Below the pieces are notes generated by a model. That model did not search any database. It was not told where the DNA came from and saw nothing but the letters and a program-made list of their open reading frames with translations. This document shows, piece after piece, positions 11,701 to 23,735 of a stretch of DNA of 64,000 bases. Position numbers and translations under genes: made by a program. The stretch is from Diplonema japonicum (lineage: Eukaryota > Protista > Euglenozoa: Diplonemea). The stretch covers positions 310,001 to 374,000 of the forward strand of contig OZ025715.1 of assembly GCA_964019335.1 (NCBI GenBank), read 5' to 3'. The stretch's first letter is position 1; every line of letters begins with the position of its first letter.

Positions 11701-13297
11701 ATTAACAAGCTGAATGAAGATCTGCAGGCCAAGACGGACGAAGTTGAAGAACTGCAAACCCGAATGGATGCGCAAGCGGCGGCACGTAACGGCGATGTCT
11801 CTGAGCTGGAGAATAATCTGGTCTTGAAAACCACTGAATGCGGGGAGCTGAAGAAGCAGGTGTCAGATTTGAAGGAATCAAACGAAGATCTCGAGGGGAA
11901 GCTACAGGAGGCTGCGACGAACGAGCAATACCTGCAAAAGTGCGGGGACGACCTTGCCGCCATCGTAGAGAAGCTGGAGGGAGACGTGAGTGAGAAACAA
12001 GACGAGCTTTCAAAATCAGAACAACAAGCGGCATATCTACAAACGTGCGGGGACGACATGGCTGAGATCGTGGAGCGGTTGGAACTAGAACTCAAGGAAG
12101 CAGGCGAGGACACGACGAAGCTCAAGGACGAGCTTAAAGCAGGCTCCGAACAAATAGCATACTTGGAAAAGTGTGGGGACGACCTTGCAAAGATCATCCA
12201 AGACCTGGAGGACAAGGTGACCTTGAAGGAAAACGAGTTGCAACGCCATCAAGAGGAGGCAGAGGCCAAGTCACTGAAGCTGCAGCAAATCGGCGACGAC
12301 GAACATATGCTCGTAACGTCTCTAGAAGAAGAAATGGAAAAGTACAAGCAAGACCACGACGAAGCTGCCTCCAAGCTCGCAAGCCTCGAGGAGGAATACG
12401 AAAACTTCAAGACGGACAAAACACGAGAGATCGAGGAGCTAACAGACCGCGCAACATCCTTGCAATCCGAATTCACCGAACTTCAATCTAAGATGAAATC
12501 AAAACTCGACACAAGCCAGGAAGAAGCAAGTTACTTAGAGAAATGCGGTGACGATCTCGCGGGTATCGTAAGCGATTTAGAAACCAAAGTGGAGGAGCTC
12601 ACAGCGAGAAACGAAAAAACAAAAACGGACCTCCGGAGAAGCGAAGAAATCGTGGACAACACGGAAGAGGAGATCAAAACGGTGAGGAGAGAGGCGGCCG
12701 AGCTCAGGACAACACTGGAGGACAAGATAGAAGAACTGAGCGAAGAGGTTGAGGAGCTGACCGAAAAATGTCGAGGACTGCATGCTGCAGAACGCAGGAA
12801 ATCACTGACTCTGCTGGAGATCGAGGTACTTGGGGGGAAAAAAAAAAAAAAAAAAAAAATACCCACAGGAAGAAAAAAAACTTCACGACCAAATGGCGAA
12901 AGGGAAGCTGCGCGATATGCAGCTCCGCTCAGGCTCACTCGAAGAACAGAACGAAAGGAAGGCCGAGCTCGTGGCCGATGTCCAGGAACAGAACGCGAAG
13001 CTTCGGAAAGAAAACGCAACGCTCACCACGCAGCTCATCCAGTACAAGGCTTGGTACGCAGAGAAAATACAAGAAATGGAGGAGAAGGAGGTTGCCGCGA
13101 AAAACAACGAAGTGCGAAAAAAACGCTTTGGTTTCTTCTCCAAGAAGAAAGACGGCGGCAAGGACACCTCTGTTACGCCCGAACACGGCCCTGCCGCAGT
13201 GCCATTTACACCCTCTTTTGCTGACCTCTCTGAGCCAACAGTGACCCCCAAGATGCGCCCCGTAGCAAATCCAGGAATGCTAGAGGAGCATGTGTGA
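8797..13297 (+). CDS. Large coiled-coil (myosin-tail/kinectin-like) protein; one intron at 12826-12868
   Basis: E/K/L heptad-rich; removing the 43-nt GT-AG intron joins LLEIE|EEKKLHDQ and continues the coiled coil; 372-bp internal tandem repeat. Confidence 0.85.
11050..11812 (+). repeat. 372-bp (124-aa) near-identical intragenic tandem duplication
   Basis: gatgtctctgagctggaga starts at 11050, 11422 and 11794. Confidence 0.95.
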
Positions 13298-13305
13298 ATG
13301 GGATG

Positions 13306-13344
<39 letters not shown>

Positions 13345-13825
13345 GAAGTGTACACAAATATGGTCATGATATGTTTCATCAGATCGACTTTAAGAGGAGG
13401 AGGAGGGGGGTTGTTTGTATTTTCATTGTTGCGCCCTCCCCCTTCCCCCCTTTTTTTTTGTCCGTCATATGAGAAAGAGGAAGGGGGAAATAAAAATAAA
13501 GAAAGAGGAGAATCGGGTTTAGTAAATATTTCTTTTTGTACTTTTCTTTTTTTTTTATTATAAACCCCGGAAGTTTTCGGTGCTGTTGTGCATCAAGCAA
13601 AAAAAAAAAAAGAAAAAAAAAAAAAAGGGAAAGAAAAAAAAAAAGAAACTATAAAAACAAAAATAAAATTGACGAATAGACCCACACAACGTTCGTGTTT
13701 TCTCGCGTTGCGGGAGCTCATTCGTCATTCTGCCCTGGGGGGCCTGTGGGAAGAAAACACATAGGGGCGCTCTCGGCCTGCATTCTTGTCCATGATTGCT
13801 TTCACGAGCCAGCAAAACGTTTCAT

Positions 13826-13856
<31 letters not shown>

Positions 13857-14107
13857 TTTTCCCGTTCGCGAGTTTGTCAGTTTCGTCAATTTTTTTGTTT
13901 TACCGTATTAGGTTCCCCCCCCCCCCCTACCCCCCCTTTTTTTTCCATCTGAATCTTTAAATATTTTTTCTCTTTACCAAACTTCTCACGGGGAAAAAAA
14001 AAAAAAAACAGAGGTCGATGTGTCCTCTCGTTCTCCCTCCTTTCCCCCCCCATTATTTCATGCCAACGGAAAAAAAGGAAAAAAAAAAAAAAAAAAAAAA
14101 AGAGACG

Positions 14108-14940
14108 ATGAACTCTCGTCTTCTAACAGAAGGCTGTTTGGTGAAGCTTCATGCCTTGTCGCGAGAAGAGTTAAATGGGGAAGTTGGGGGTGTGGTGAGC
14201 TGCCAGGGCGCGGCACGGCTCATCGTCGCACTTAAAGGCGACCGGAAACTCGCATTGAAACTGGAAAACCTGGAGCCGGTAATATCCTACCAGGTCTTTA
14301 CCTTTATACTGAACTCTCTTTCACTAATAGCGAGTTTTGGGTACATCGCAGTGTCCGTGTTCAACCCATGGTCCAACCTTGGGTTTTTACTGTGGAAACT
14401 GGCTCTTTCACTGCACGTTATAAACTATGGAAGCATATGCTGGAACATAGGACTTCTCGCTTTGAAGAAGGATTCGCTTACAAGCCTAGCGGGGAACAGA
14501 GCAGGGCAGGTTTTATTATGGTGCATCGCGTTTTTGTTTCTAGGAGAAAGCTGTTACTTCCTCTTGGCTGCCTTGGGTTGCTACAGTATAGTGTCGCTGG
14601 CTAGGTCGCATGAACCGGTTATTCCAAAATTCTACCCGTTTGTATTTCTAGCGCATCTTCTTGATAAGGTGGATAAAGGGTTGGTAGCCACTGAGCATGC
14701 TATGGTGGAGTATGACAAGAGGGACTGGACGGGGGATGCTGTGAGGCCGACGCCGCCGGCCCATCCGTTGGAAATTGCGGGAGTGATATTCGAGCTGTTT
14801 GTAGGTGTGCAGCAGTTTTTCCAAATCGTCTTGTCGGCCACGCAGTCGTTCATCATGTTCGTTCTGTGCTGGAGGTACCTAGGGTATCGGTACAGGACCC
14901 CTGAAAACCGTACTGTCCGGACCGTTTTTAGTATGATTGG

Positions 14941-14980
<40 letters not shown>

Positions 14981-15098
14981 AGACAAAGCGCGTGAACAAC
15001 TTAACGGGTATTTCCAATCGTTCTTTGTCCCTACGTTTGTTTCCGAGACCTACCTGTGGGGGACCGAGAAGTTATGGGGCCCGCCTGTGGTGCCTTAA
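14108..15098 (+). CDS. TMEM33/Pom33-like membrane protein; intron at 14931-14982
   Basis: Several TM segments; splicing gives YLGYRYRT...RTVF-N-KAREQLNGYF...VP, resembling the TMEM33 C-terminus. Confidence 0.7.
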
Positions 15099-15229
15099 TG
15101 ATGGTGGCTAACAATGCACTGCCCGAATGAATATTCTGTTTTTTTTTTTTTTTTTATTTCTTGTTCATGCAAGGAAAAAAGAAAAAGAAGGGGAGGGATG
15201 CCCTCGTAGTTTATTTCTAATAGATAGTT

Positions 15230-15265
<36 letters not shown>

Positions 15266-15429
15266 TGTGGGGGGAGAACACTGGTTGGAATGAGAAACCC
15301 ATTTTTCCTTAATTTCTCTCTCTTTTTTTTATATTCATTTTATTTTTTAAGTCCGATCGCTCCGTCATGCCCTGCTAGGTTGGGTTGTAACGCGACTAGA
15401 AATATTATATTTCAAAAAAAAAAAAAAAA

Positions 15430-16294
15430 ATGAGTGAAAAAGTAACATGCAGCATACGAGATGCATTCTCACAGCTTGACGCCATGGTAAAGGACGCGAG
15501 CACAAACAAGGCCGAGGAAGATGCCAACAGGGAGCTGCTGCTCAAAGAATTCGCGGACTTTTTCGGAGTCGAAGTCAACGGGGGGAAAGGCGTGACAGGA
15601 GGGAAGGCACTTAAATGGACAAAAGAAAGCAGCACGGGATGGGTCCTCAACAACCAGGGCACTACCGTGACCATGTCTGCATGCGGTGGGTGGCGGACGC
15701 TGATCACCGACTCGCCTTTGGAAGGTGACGAGGTGTACTGCACCGTCCAGGTCCACGCACTCCGAACTCTGGCTGTTGGGATATCGCAGGGCTCTGAGCC
15801 TGCTGCGTACGTAGGTGATTCTTCAGGCTCATGGGCGTATCAGTCAACAGGCCACACCATCAATACGGGGTCAGTGCTTGAAGGCAGGAAAGTGCCGGAA
15901 TTTACTAAAGGTGACACAATTGGAATTCTGCTTGACAGAAAGTATGTTATGAGAGGGGGAAAAGAAAGGGAAAAAAAAAAAAAAAAAAAAAAAAAAACCA
16001 GGCAGCGGTACATTGCGTTCTATAAAAACGGGCAGATGGCTGGGGTGCCATTCACTGACCTGAAGGTGGACGAGCCTTTTAAGTTGGCTGTGAGGTATGA
16101 GAGAGGGGGGAAATTTATTATAAAAAATATAAAAAAAAAAAGTTGCTATATGGGTCCGTGTTCAGTGTCGGTAAACCTGTCTCCTTTGGGGAAGAAGCCG
16201 ATGCAAAATATTATGGTATGTGAGCAAAGAGGGGGGGGAAAGAAACAAAAACCGACAGAGATTCCCGATATGCATTGAAGAGGGGTGCTCTTGA
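15430..16294 (+). CDS. SPRY/B30.2-domain protein; introns at 15942-16001, 16095-16142 and probably 16216-16258
   Basis: GDSSGSWAY, FTKGDTIGILLD, IAFYKNG; two in-frame A-rich introns remove poly-K junk. The last acceptor and stop are uncertain (16278 or 16294). Confidence 0.8.
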
Positions 16295-16742
16295 TGCTTT
16301 TGTTTTCGCGGTTTTATTTTATTTTTTTTCATTTTTATCGTTAGTTCTCAACCCACATGCCCCCCCCCCCCCCCCCCCCCCCCCCCAGTTTCTTCACATT
16401 ACAGGGGGGGAAAAAAATACTGGAAAAAAAAAAAGGAAAAAAAAAAAAAAAAAAACTATAGATCAAAATCAGTTCCTGACTTTCATTCACTTTTTTTTAT
16501 TTTTTTTTCTTTCATTCTTCTTTTTTTTTTGTTGTTACTGAACTCACTTGGAGAGGGAGGGAGATCCACATGCACACACCAGACTAAAATCCATCTCGTG
16601 TGCCTTTCAAACAAAAATCCTCCCGCAGGAGCCACTAAGGACCTGGCTCTTCTTATAGTCTGCGGCTCTCGCGCGAGTTTGCATGTGACATCATCTCTCT
16701 TTTTTCTTCTTACAGTGGGGGAGGGGAGGGGCGAGCCACCCA

Positions 16743-18237
16743 ATGGTAACAGATGTAACTAGATTCTCCTTCAGGGTCGACGAAGGAGGGAAGACAATGG
16801 GCACAGTAGTCCTACCCGTAAGGGGAAGGCTGGACAACATAAAGTACACCGTTGGTGACGTTCTGACCATGCTGAGAGAAAGACTGGTGAAGAAAGGCTA
16901 CACGGGCACCGGGAGGGTCGAGTCCCTCTTACTAGAGAACGGCGACGTCCTAGACCCAGAAATGAATGATGAAGACGCCATCGACCTCTTCTGGTGCGGG
17001 CAGCAGACCCACAAGGTTGTCGCAACACTGGAAAAAAGCGCCACCCAACCCGCTTTCCTCCCCAAAATCTACAAACCGAAGAACATACCATGCCATCACG
17101 CCGACAACGAAATAAAAAGACGCTGGAGGGAGCTCACGACACCACCCACAAAACCGAAATGCCTCAACCAAGGCCATCAAGGACCCCGCTACACAGCAGG
17201 CCGTTCATCCCCAGCTGCCGCATTCGAACTGGAAAACCTAGCACCCCTTGAGATATCATCACCACCATTATCAGCAGACGAGTTGCATTGGTGTACCTAC
17301 CTTATTGACGAGCTGATTTTCAACGAAACTCGTGACCGTTCTCTTAGCACACAGGATGAAGCAAGGGATTGGGAGGCCATTGTCAAAAGACTGTCATTTT
17401 ATTCTGAAGAGGTTGTTCAGGTGTCCGACTCGGAACGCTTTGAACGCGACGCGGCAGCGAGGATGGACGAGGACCGGCAGACGGAAGCTCTTGAAAGGGA
17501 AGCCATCCTCGCCCTGTCCCTGCAGTCCTTGACAAACCTATCCGCTGTGTCATTCCTCAAAGAGTCCGAACTCGCGCAACGAAACAAAATCGCATCTGAG
17601 CACCTCTGTTCACTGTCAAAACTAAACAGGGCCTTCAACAACGTTCTCAAAAACACTCAGCTTTCCGTGATATCACTGTCTCTCTTAAGCGAGGAGACCT
17701 CCGCACGGCATGGCATCGAAAGGGAGTACTGGCGTGAGACCACACCATCACGTGAAGGGCTGACCTTGATACGCTGCAAAGCAAGGCTGCGGAGGCAGGC
17801 GATGGACGGGGTTGTTGAGGAACAAAACGGTTTCAGAAAGAAAGTCGAAGCGGCTGAAAAGGATATGAGAACAGGCATTTCAGACACCTATCAAGAAGAC
17901 GTGCTCCGGTGGAGGTTAAACATAGAGGCTGCACAGATTGCAGAGGTGTCGTGTTTCCTGTTACGTGAGGAGGAGTCACGCGGTGCACATGAGGCTCTCG
18001 AGTTTAAGAAACGGCAAATGTATTTTACGGCCTTTACCCAAGGGATGACCCGTGTCGCGCGCATCACCCCGAGGCAGGCGTGTGGGGTTCAGCAGGCGGC
18101 TTCTTCGCCTTTTGTTTCGCTGCCTGCTCCTTCACCACCGTCCTCGCCCCCTCCAGAGGTTACCGTGAGAGCCGTGTCGTTTAGGTCACCTATTTGTTCA
18201 GAGTACACAGCTTCTGATCAAGGAGGTTTGATATGAG

Positions 18238-18268
<31 letters not shown>

Positions 18269-18356
18269 TTATTATTTCCTAAGAATAATAACAGAAGCCT
18301 CAGAATCAGACTCGTGCAGCTCAGCGGTACCCTTTGCTTGCGAACCGCTTGATTGA
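16743..18356 (+). CDS. Hypothetical helical protein; probable terminal intron at 18226-18294
   Basis: 497-aa ORF. The candidate intron GTTTG...AACAG adds EASESDSCSSAVPFACEPLD*; without it the stop is at 18236. Confidence 0.7.
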
Positions 18357-18870
18357 GTAAAAGAGGGTGGGAGGAAAAAAAAAAAAAAAAAATCCACTTG
18401 CTGGTTGTCCCTCTCTAGTAGTTTTTATGTGCAAAATCTTTTTTTGCTTCTCCCCTCATTCCTCTTTTTTTGAATGATGGTTTCCACCGTCAGTAAACTC
18501 CTCTTTCTCTTTTTTTTTGGTGATAATGTAAAGAAAATAACCGAGAGGGGGGGTGGCCTAGGGAGAAAAGGTGAGGGGGGGGGGAAAGAAAAATTTCATT
18601 CCCCCCCTCCCCCCAAGAAGAATTGTTCCCCTACACCTCCTTTTTAAAATGATAAACAGAAGACCACGTGTTGTTTTTGTATTGTAAACAAGAAAAAAAA
18701 ATCCCCCCCCCTCCGCCCCAGAGAAATGAAGAATAAAGAAAGAATTGCAGCAATAGTAATTTTTATATATCAAAAATGGAATCTTCCCTTCTTTTTTTTT
18801 TTTTTTTTTAAACTCAAAATCAAGGAGAGGAGGGAGGGAGGGAAAACAAAGAAAAAAGGGGGGGAACAAA

Positions 18871-20580
18871 ATGGGAAACGAGACAGCACCAGGAGAAACA
18901 GATGAAGTGGAGCAAAGCATGATCTTACTGTTGGTGTTCATCATCCTGCTGTTGTCGTTCGTGTGCAACAGAATAGTGCAGAAGTTCGACCTGAAATGGA
19001 TGAGCCAGTCGGCAACTACGGTACTGGTGGGGCTAGCGGTGGGCAGCTTCATGAATTTCGCGGTCGGCGGTGTCTATAAAGAAGCCGTGAAATTCGATGA
19101 AGACACATTCACATATTTCATTCTACCCCCCATTATTTTTGAAGCTGGATTCTCTCTCAGACATAAGGGCGTTACAGAGAACCTATTACCAATAGTAACC
19201 CTAGCTGTTTTCGGGACAGTTTTAACCGCTCTGTTACTCGGATTCATGATTCACGGTATTGCAAAATCGCATTTCGAGCCGTTATATGACCGTTCTATCT
19301 GGGAGAGCATGTGCTTTGGTGCGGTGTTGTCAGCCATCGACCCGGTGGCGGTCCTCGCCGTACTCGGGCGAATGTTTGTCGGGAAAACACCACCGAAAAT
19401 ATTCTACGTGATATTTGGAGAGTCTGTCTTGAACGACGCTGTGGCCATTGTATTGTACAAAGTATTCTTGAAGTTTTTAAAAGAGGGGAAGGATCTCGAC
19501 GCTGGCACGTTGTTCGAATCCTTAGCGTTATTCATTGGCATCACGCTCGGGTCCATCTGCATCGGATGGATCGTGGCCGCTGGTTCCGCGTTGCTGTTGA
19601 AATACGTTGACTTCTCGCAAAGCCCAACAGCGGAACTATGTATTATAATATTTTTCGGATTCGGGTCGTTCTACGTGGCAGAAGCTTTACATTTATCCGG
19701 GATAATGGCGTTGTTTATATGCGGCCGTGCTTCCTGTCATTACAGTTGGCATAACATGGCGACGCTGTCGCAGGTCACCGCACCTCAACTGCTTCATGTT
19801 TTGGCGTTTATCGCGGAAACATATGTTTTTTCGTTTTTGGGGCTTGCGTTTTGGTCGTTCGAGCACGATTGGAAGATCGGGTTCACACTGCTCGTTCTGC
19901 TTTGTTTGTTCGCGACGAGAATGCTTACTGTGTTCCCGTTGGTTTCTCTGACCAATTTAACAGTCCCTAAGGGGAAACGGCTTGGGTTTAAAAGCCAGGT
20001 TTTCATGTCGTTAACCGGTTTACGAGGTGCGATCGCGTTTGGGTTGTCGCTTGCTGCCAACGAGTCGCCTTATATATCCGACGAAAGCGGGCGGCAGTTT
20101 GTGTCTACGACATTGATTGTCATCGTGTTGAGCGTGTTCACGTTTGGGAATTTTTCGCAGTATCTTTTCGAGTTTCTCGGTCTGCACAAAGTCGAGGAAC
20201 CGAGCCCGTCTTTGCCTGGGAAAAAAAACCCCTCTGCGATTCTCCAGCGGTGCATTCTCTTCGAAAAAACATATATTGCTCCCTACCTCCGTGTCTCTGA
20301 CCATCACACCCAACACGAGTATGTTTTGAAAAAAAAAAAAAAAAGAAATTATTATAGGAGGCGGTATACTGAGATATCCCGTGTTTTAGAAGATATTCAA
20401 GAGAAATATGATATTAGAGGGCGGCCGCAAAAGCAGCGGGGGGAGAAGAGGGAAGATGTGGAAGGGGAGGATTGTGAAAACACACCCCCCACGGATATCA
20501 CAGACATGGAGGGTGAGGAGACTGTTCAGTGCGAGGCGATGGCGGGCTGCCCGAAGGCAGAGGACCAAGAAGCTGTTTGA
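18871..20580 (+). CDS. CPA1 Na+/H+ exchanger (NHX/NHE-like); intron at 20319-20357
   Basis: FILPPIIFEAG, SAIDPVAVL, FGESVLNDAVAIVL and GLRGAIAF; 39-nt in-frame intron. Confidence 0.95.
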   Translation: MGNETAPGETDEVEQSMILLLVFIILLLSFVCNRIVQKFDLKWMSQSATTVLVGLAVGSFMNFAVGGVYKEAVKFDEDTFTYFILPPIIFEAGFSLRHKGVTENLLPIVTLAVFGTVLTALLLGFMIHGIAKSHFEPLYDRSIWESMCFGAVLSAIDPVAVLAVLGRMFVGKTPPKIFYVIFGESVLNDAVAIVLYKVFLKFLKEGKDLDAGTLFESLALFIGITLGSICIGWIVAAGSALLLKYVDFSQSPTAELCIIIFFGFGSFYVAEALHLSGIMALFICGRASCHYSWHNMATLSQVTAPQLLHVLAFIAETYVFSFLGLAFWSFEHDWKIGFTLLVLLCLFATRMLTVFPLVSLTNLTVPKGKRLGFKSQVFMSLTGLRGAIAFGLSLAANESPYISDESGRQFVSTTLIVIVLSVFTFGNFSQYLFEFLGLHKVEEPSPSLPGKKNPSAILQRCILFEKTYIAPYLRVSDHHTQHEYVLKKKKKRNYYRRRYTEISRVLEDIQEKYDIRGRPQKQRGEKREDVEGEDCENTPPTDITDMEGEETVQCEAMAGCPKAEDQEAV

Positions 20581-20939
20581 TTGTAAAAACAAAGGGGGGT
20601 GGGGAAGAGAGTAATAGATTTTTTTTTTTAGGCGATCCTGTCACATACTGCAGGTTCCCTTCCCACACCTTTTTCTTCCCACACCCTTAAAAATTTAAAA
20701 AAAAAAAAAAACAAAAAAAAATGAAAAGGAGCACCTTCTCTTTTTTTTTCTTTTTTTTTTCTCCTCTTTTTTCTCCTAGTTTATTTTTTTTTCCATGACA
20801 GTTTACCCATTATTTTCTTTTACAGGAGCTCCTTTTGCTTCTTCTTATTTCCCCTCCCCCTCCGTAAACCCTGCAACCAAAAATCTTTTTTTTAAAAAAG
20901 GGGGTGTGGAATAGTCCACAAGTGGGGGAAAAAAATAAA

Positions 20940-21626
20940 ATGGCTCTATATTGGACGAAAAGTGAAGTAAAAACCTGGCTAGAAGAAGGCGGGGTGGGTC
21001 AAGACACAGTTGACATGCTGTTCAAGAGAGGCGTGGACGGGAAGGAGGTGCTGCAAATGGAAAGGCAGAACTTGAAGACAAGGTACGGGGTGAGAAACCT
21101 CACAGCAAGAAAAAGGATGTACAAACTCCTTGAGAACCTGGGGCAGGAAGGGATGGGGCTGACGGACAGCGAACAATCCTCGCCTCGGGGTGTTTTAGTA
21201 ACTCCCCCAAGGGCACTTGTCATGGCAACTGCTCCACGGCCATCAACCACACCGTCTCATTCGAAGGCAGGATTTGATCTCCTAGGGTGCGAGGACACAA
21301 CCATGGAGTCCTCAGACCTTCAAGTTGGCTTCAGTTCGCCCATCCCTCGTGCGCCCAAAGGCCACACGATAGCCGCAATCAAAAAAGAGCTTGAGGAAGA
21401 GATATACCTGCACCGTGTAAAGATGCTTCACTACAAGCAGTGGCTCGCGCAGTCGCCTCAGCAGGAGGTCATGTCTGAAAGGCAAGCTATCGTGGATAGG
21501 ATAGCCTCTTTGAAGGAAGATGCCCACCACCGTACCGTGCAGAGGCAGATCCTTGAGCAGCGCAATCTACACGCGCTGAAACGCCAGGCCGAAGCGAACC
21601 TCAAGGCATCGCAAAATTGTCTTTGA
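20940..21626 (+). CDS. SAM-domain protein with C-terminal coiled coil
   Basis: WTKSEVKTWL...VDGKEVL...LK..YGV..L.ARKR pattern. Confidence 0.8.
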   Translation: MALYWTKSEVKTWLEEGGVGQDTVDMLFKRGVDGKEVLQMERQNLKTRYGVRNLTARKRMYKLLENLGQEGMGLTDSEQSSPRGVLVTPPRALVMATAPRPSTTPSHSKAGFDLLGCEDTTMESSDLQVGFSSPIPRAPKGHTIAAIKKELEEEIYLHRVKMLHYKQWLAQSPQQEVMSERQAIVDRIASLKEDAHHRTVQRQILEQRNLHALKRQAEANLKASQNCL

Positions 21627-21844
21627 GTTTGAGACCCTCCCCTTCCCCCCCTTTTTTTTTCTTTTTTCTTTTTTCGTTTTTCTTTTTTTTTTTTTGCTGG
21701 AACAAGTAAACAAATTATTGCAAAAAAAAAAAAAAAAAGAGTAGAGAGAGAGCTTGTCCGTTATCCCTTACTGTAGGTGAAAACGGCTTTGCACAAACAA
21801 TCAGCCGACTCTTTATTTTTCTTTTTTTTTTCTTTTTTTTTTTT

Positions 21845-22106
21845 CGCTCAAAGAATCAAAGCACTGTTCACGAAGCTGAACGCAGCATGCAGTGCACGGA
21901 AGAAGCGACGCTCCTTCCCAGCGGACAAACAAAAGAGGTGAAGTCCCTCATCGCCATAGGTGGGAAGACAGCTATGGGTTTCTCCAGGAGGCCCATCTTC
22001 GCCACCACCTCACGCACGGCAAGCTGATGGAACTGAATAGCCGCCTACAAGCGACACCGGAGTACAAATAGATAGCCAAGGGCGGGTTTTTGTCCTGCAC
22101 TTTGAG
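21845..22106 (+). mobile_element. Short 3' fragment of the LINE at 62187-64000
   Basis: High identity to about 63785-63995; flanked on both sides by poly(T); ends gtcctgcactttgag, also seen at 8665-8679. Confidence 0.85.
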
Positions 22107-22249
22107 TTTTTTTTTTTTTTTTTTTTGCTGTTGTCCCCCCCCCCCGCGCTCTTTTTCTTTGTTTATATACTCACCACTCCCCCCTGCCCCTCGATTCGGT
22201 TGCGTTTTAGTTTTTTTAGTTTTCCTCATTTTTTTTTTTCTTCCTTCGA

Positions 22250-22458
22250 GGGTTCACGGCGACGCTCACCTCTTCAACCTGATTGGTTACGGCAGCCGTA
22301 CCTGAGGAGGGGACAAACCAAGAACTAATCGGGTGAACGAGAGGTGCACGGTGCGAAGGTAAAAAAAAGGAAGCAACCCGTCGAGGAGAGTGAAACCGTA
22401 TCAAAAGATAGACCCTCCCCCTCCCCTAGGGGTGGTCCTGTAAGATTTGCCCTTTAAA
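22250..22458 (+). mobile_element. Deleted derivative of the LINE 3' end
   Basis: Ends gatagaccc...ggggtggtcct..gatttgcccttt like the copy at 5640-5870, but lacks the nested MITE. Confidence 0.6.
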
Positions 22459-22705
22459 AAAACGCATTTTCTTTATGGTAGTGAGGGGGGGGGGGGGGGG
22501 GGGGACACTTCCCCCCCCCCCTCTCTCCTCAGCTTAGTGAATTCCTCTTAGTTATTTCTTTTTTTTGGAAAAAAAAGAAAAAAAGAAAAGAATAGCTTAG
22601 TCAACAAAAGAAAAAAAAAAAAGAAAAAAAAAAAAACGAATAATAAACAAAAAGGCGTGTACACAACAAACGAAATAATAAAAACAATAAAAAAGAAAAA
22701 AAACA

Positions 22706-23524
22706 ATGTCAGAAAAAGCTAAACTCACAGCGGAAGAGTGTGTCGAAGCCGTCCCGTTGCTGAAGAAACTGTTCGGGACAGGGATATTAAAGTTAAACGA
22801 TGCTAAATATTTCCCTAAGATAAGCATGGAGGAGGCAGGGCGGGCGAGGGGCGACGGCTTCGAGGGCAACATGCCGTCCGATGCCTATAGGTTCGGACTG
22901 GCCACCCCGTTGACAAAGGGAGCGCAAGACAGCGATCTCGGGGAGAAGGTCGTGTACCACGGCACCCCATCATACGAGAAACTGGAGCAAATCCTGACAG
23001 GCAACGAAGGGTTAAAAAACGGTTCAATAGGATGGAAAGCAGGCGTCCCAAAGGTGGTGTGCACCAGCAGAAGCTTCTGGCTCTCCCTCTTTCACTACGG
23101 GGCTCACTTTGACCACAATGGGTATCTTTACGCCTGCGTTCTCGAGGTTCGTGCTAAACAGGACAAAGTGAAAATATTCCACAATCAAACTATCCCACGG
23201 GCATTTTGGAAAACCCCAGCCCTCGACGAGTATTGGGTCCGCAGAGATGCATCCCCTACAAGCGACCTAGACTGCATAGAATGGTGGCTTGACGAAAAAG
23301 ACATTCAAGTTACCGCTCTGTACGTCCGTCGTGTGAAGCCTTCCAACCCTGCGCTGGTGTGCTTGCGTGAAGATACCACTTACACTTGGAGGCACGACAG
23401 AGGGGATCCTTCTTCCACTTCACCTAAGCCGGTGGACCCCCCGTGGCGTGCTACGACGCCGGGGCACAGGATGTCCCCGTTTCTTTATAATGCTCGGAGA
23501 AGGATGTCTTCTCACAATGAATAA
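22706..23524 (+). CDS. PARP/ADP-ribosyltransferase-fold protein
   Basis: VVYHGT...IL...GL, VCTS.S.....Y and C-terminal IEW motif. Confidence 0.7.
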   Translation: MSEKAKLTAEECVEAVPLLKKLFGTGILKLNDAKYFPKISMEEAGRARGDGFEGNMPSDAYRFGLATPLTKGAQDSDLGEKVVYHGTPSYEKLEQILTGNEGLKNGSIGWKAGVPKVVCTSRSFWLSLFHYGAHFDHNGYLYACVLEVRAKQDKVKIFHNQTIPRAFWKTPALDEYWVRRDASPTSDLDCIEWWLDEKDIQVTALYVRRVKPSNPALVCLREDTTYTWRHDRGDPSSTSPKPVDPPWRATTPGHRMSPFLYNARRRMSSHNE

Positions 23525-23735
23525 GCAAGAACCATCCATGGTTTTCTTTTGGTTTTGATTTCACATGGCAGTAGGGTGCAATCTTAGATGGTCCGTCTTT
23601 CTGTGCTCCCCCCCGAGCTCGTATTGTCCAATATTTGTTATTTTTCGCCATGACAAAAAAAAAAGTTTTTTTTTTTTTTAAATTCATCCACAGTTGGATC
23701 GGGGGCAAAAGGGGGGAGAAAAAAAAAAGTAAGGA

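Noticed and set aside
12826-13224. Programmed frameshifting or poly-lysine tracts at internal A-runs
   Set aside because: Each run is bounded by GT...AG whose removal restores the frame; introns are the simpler explanation.
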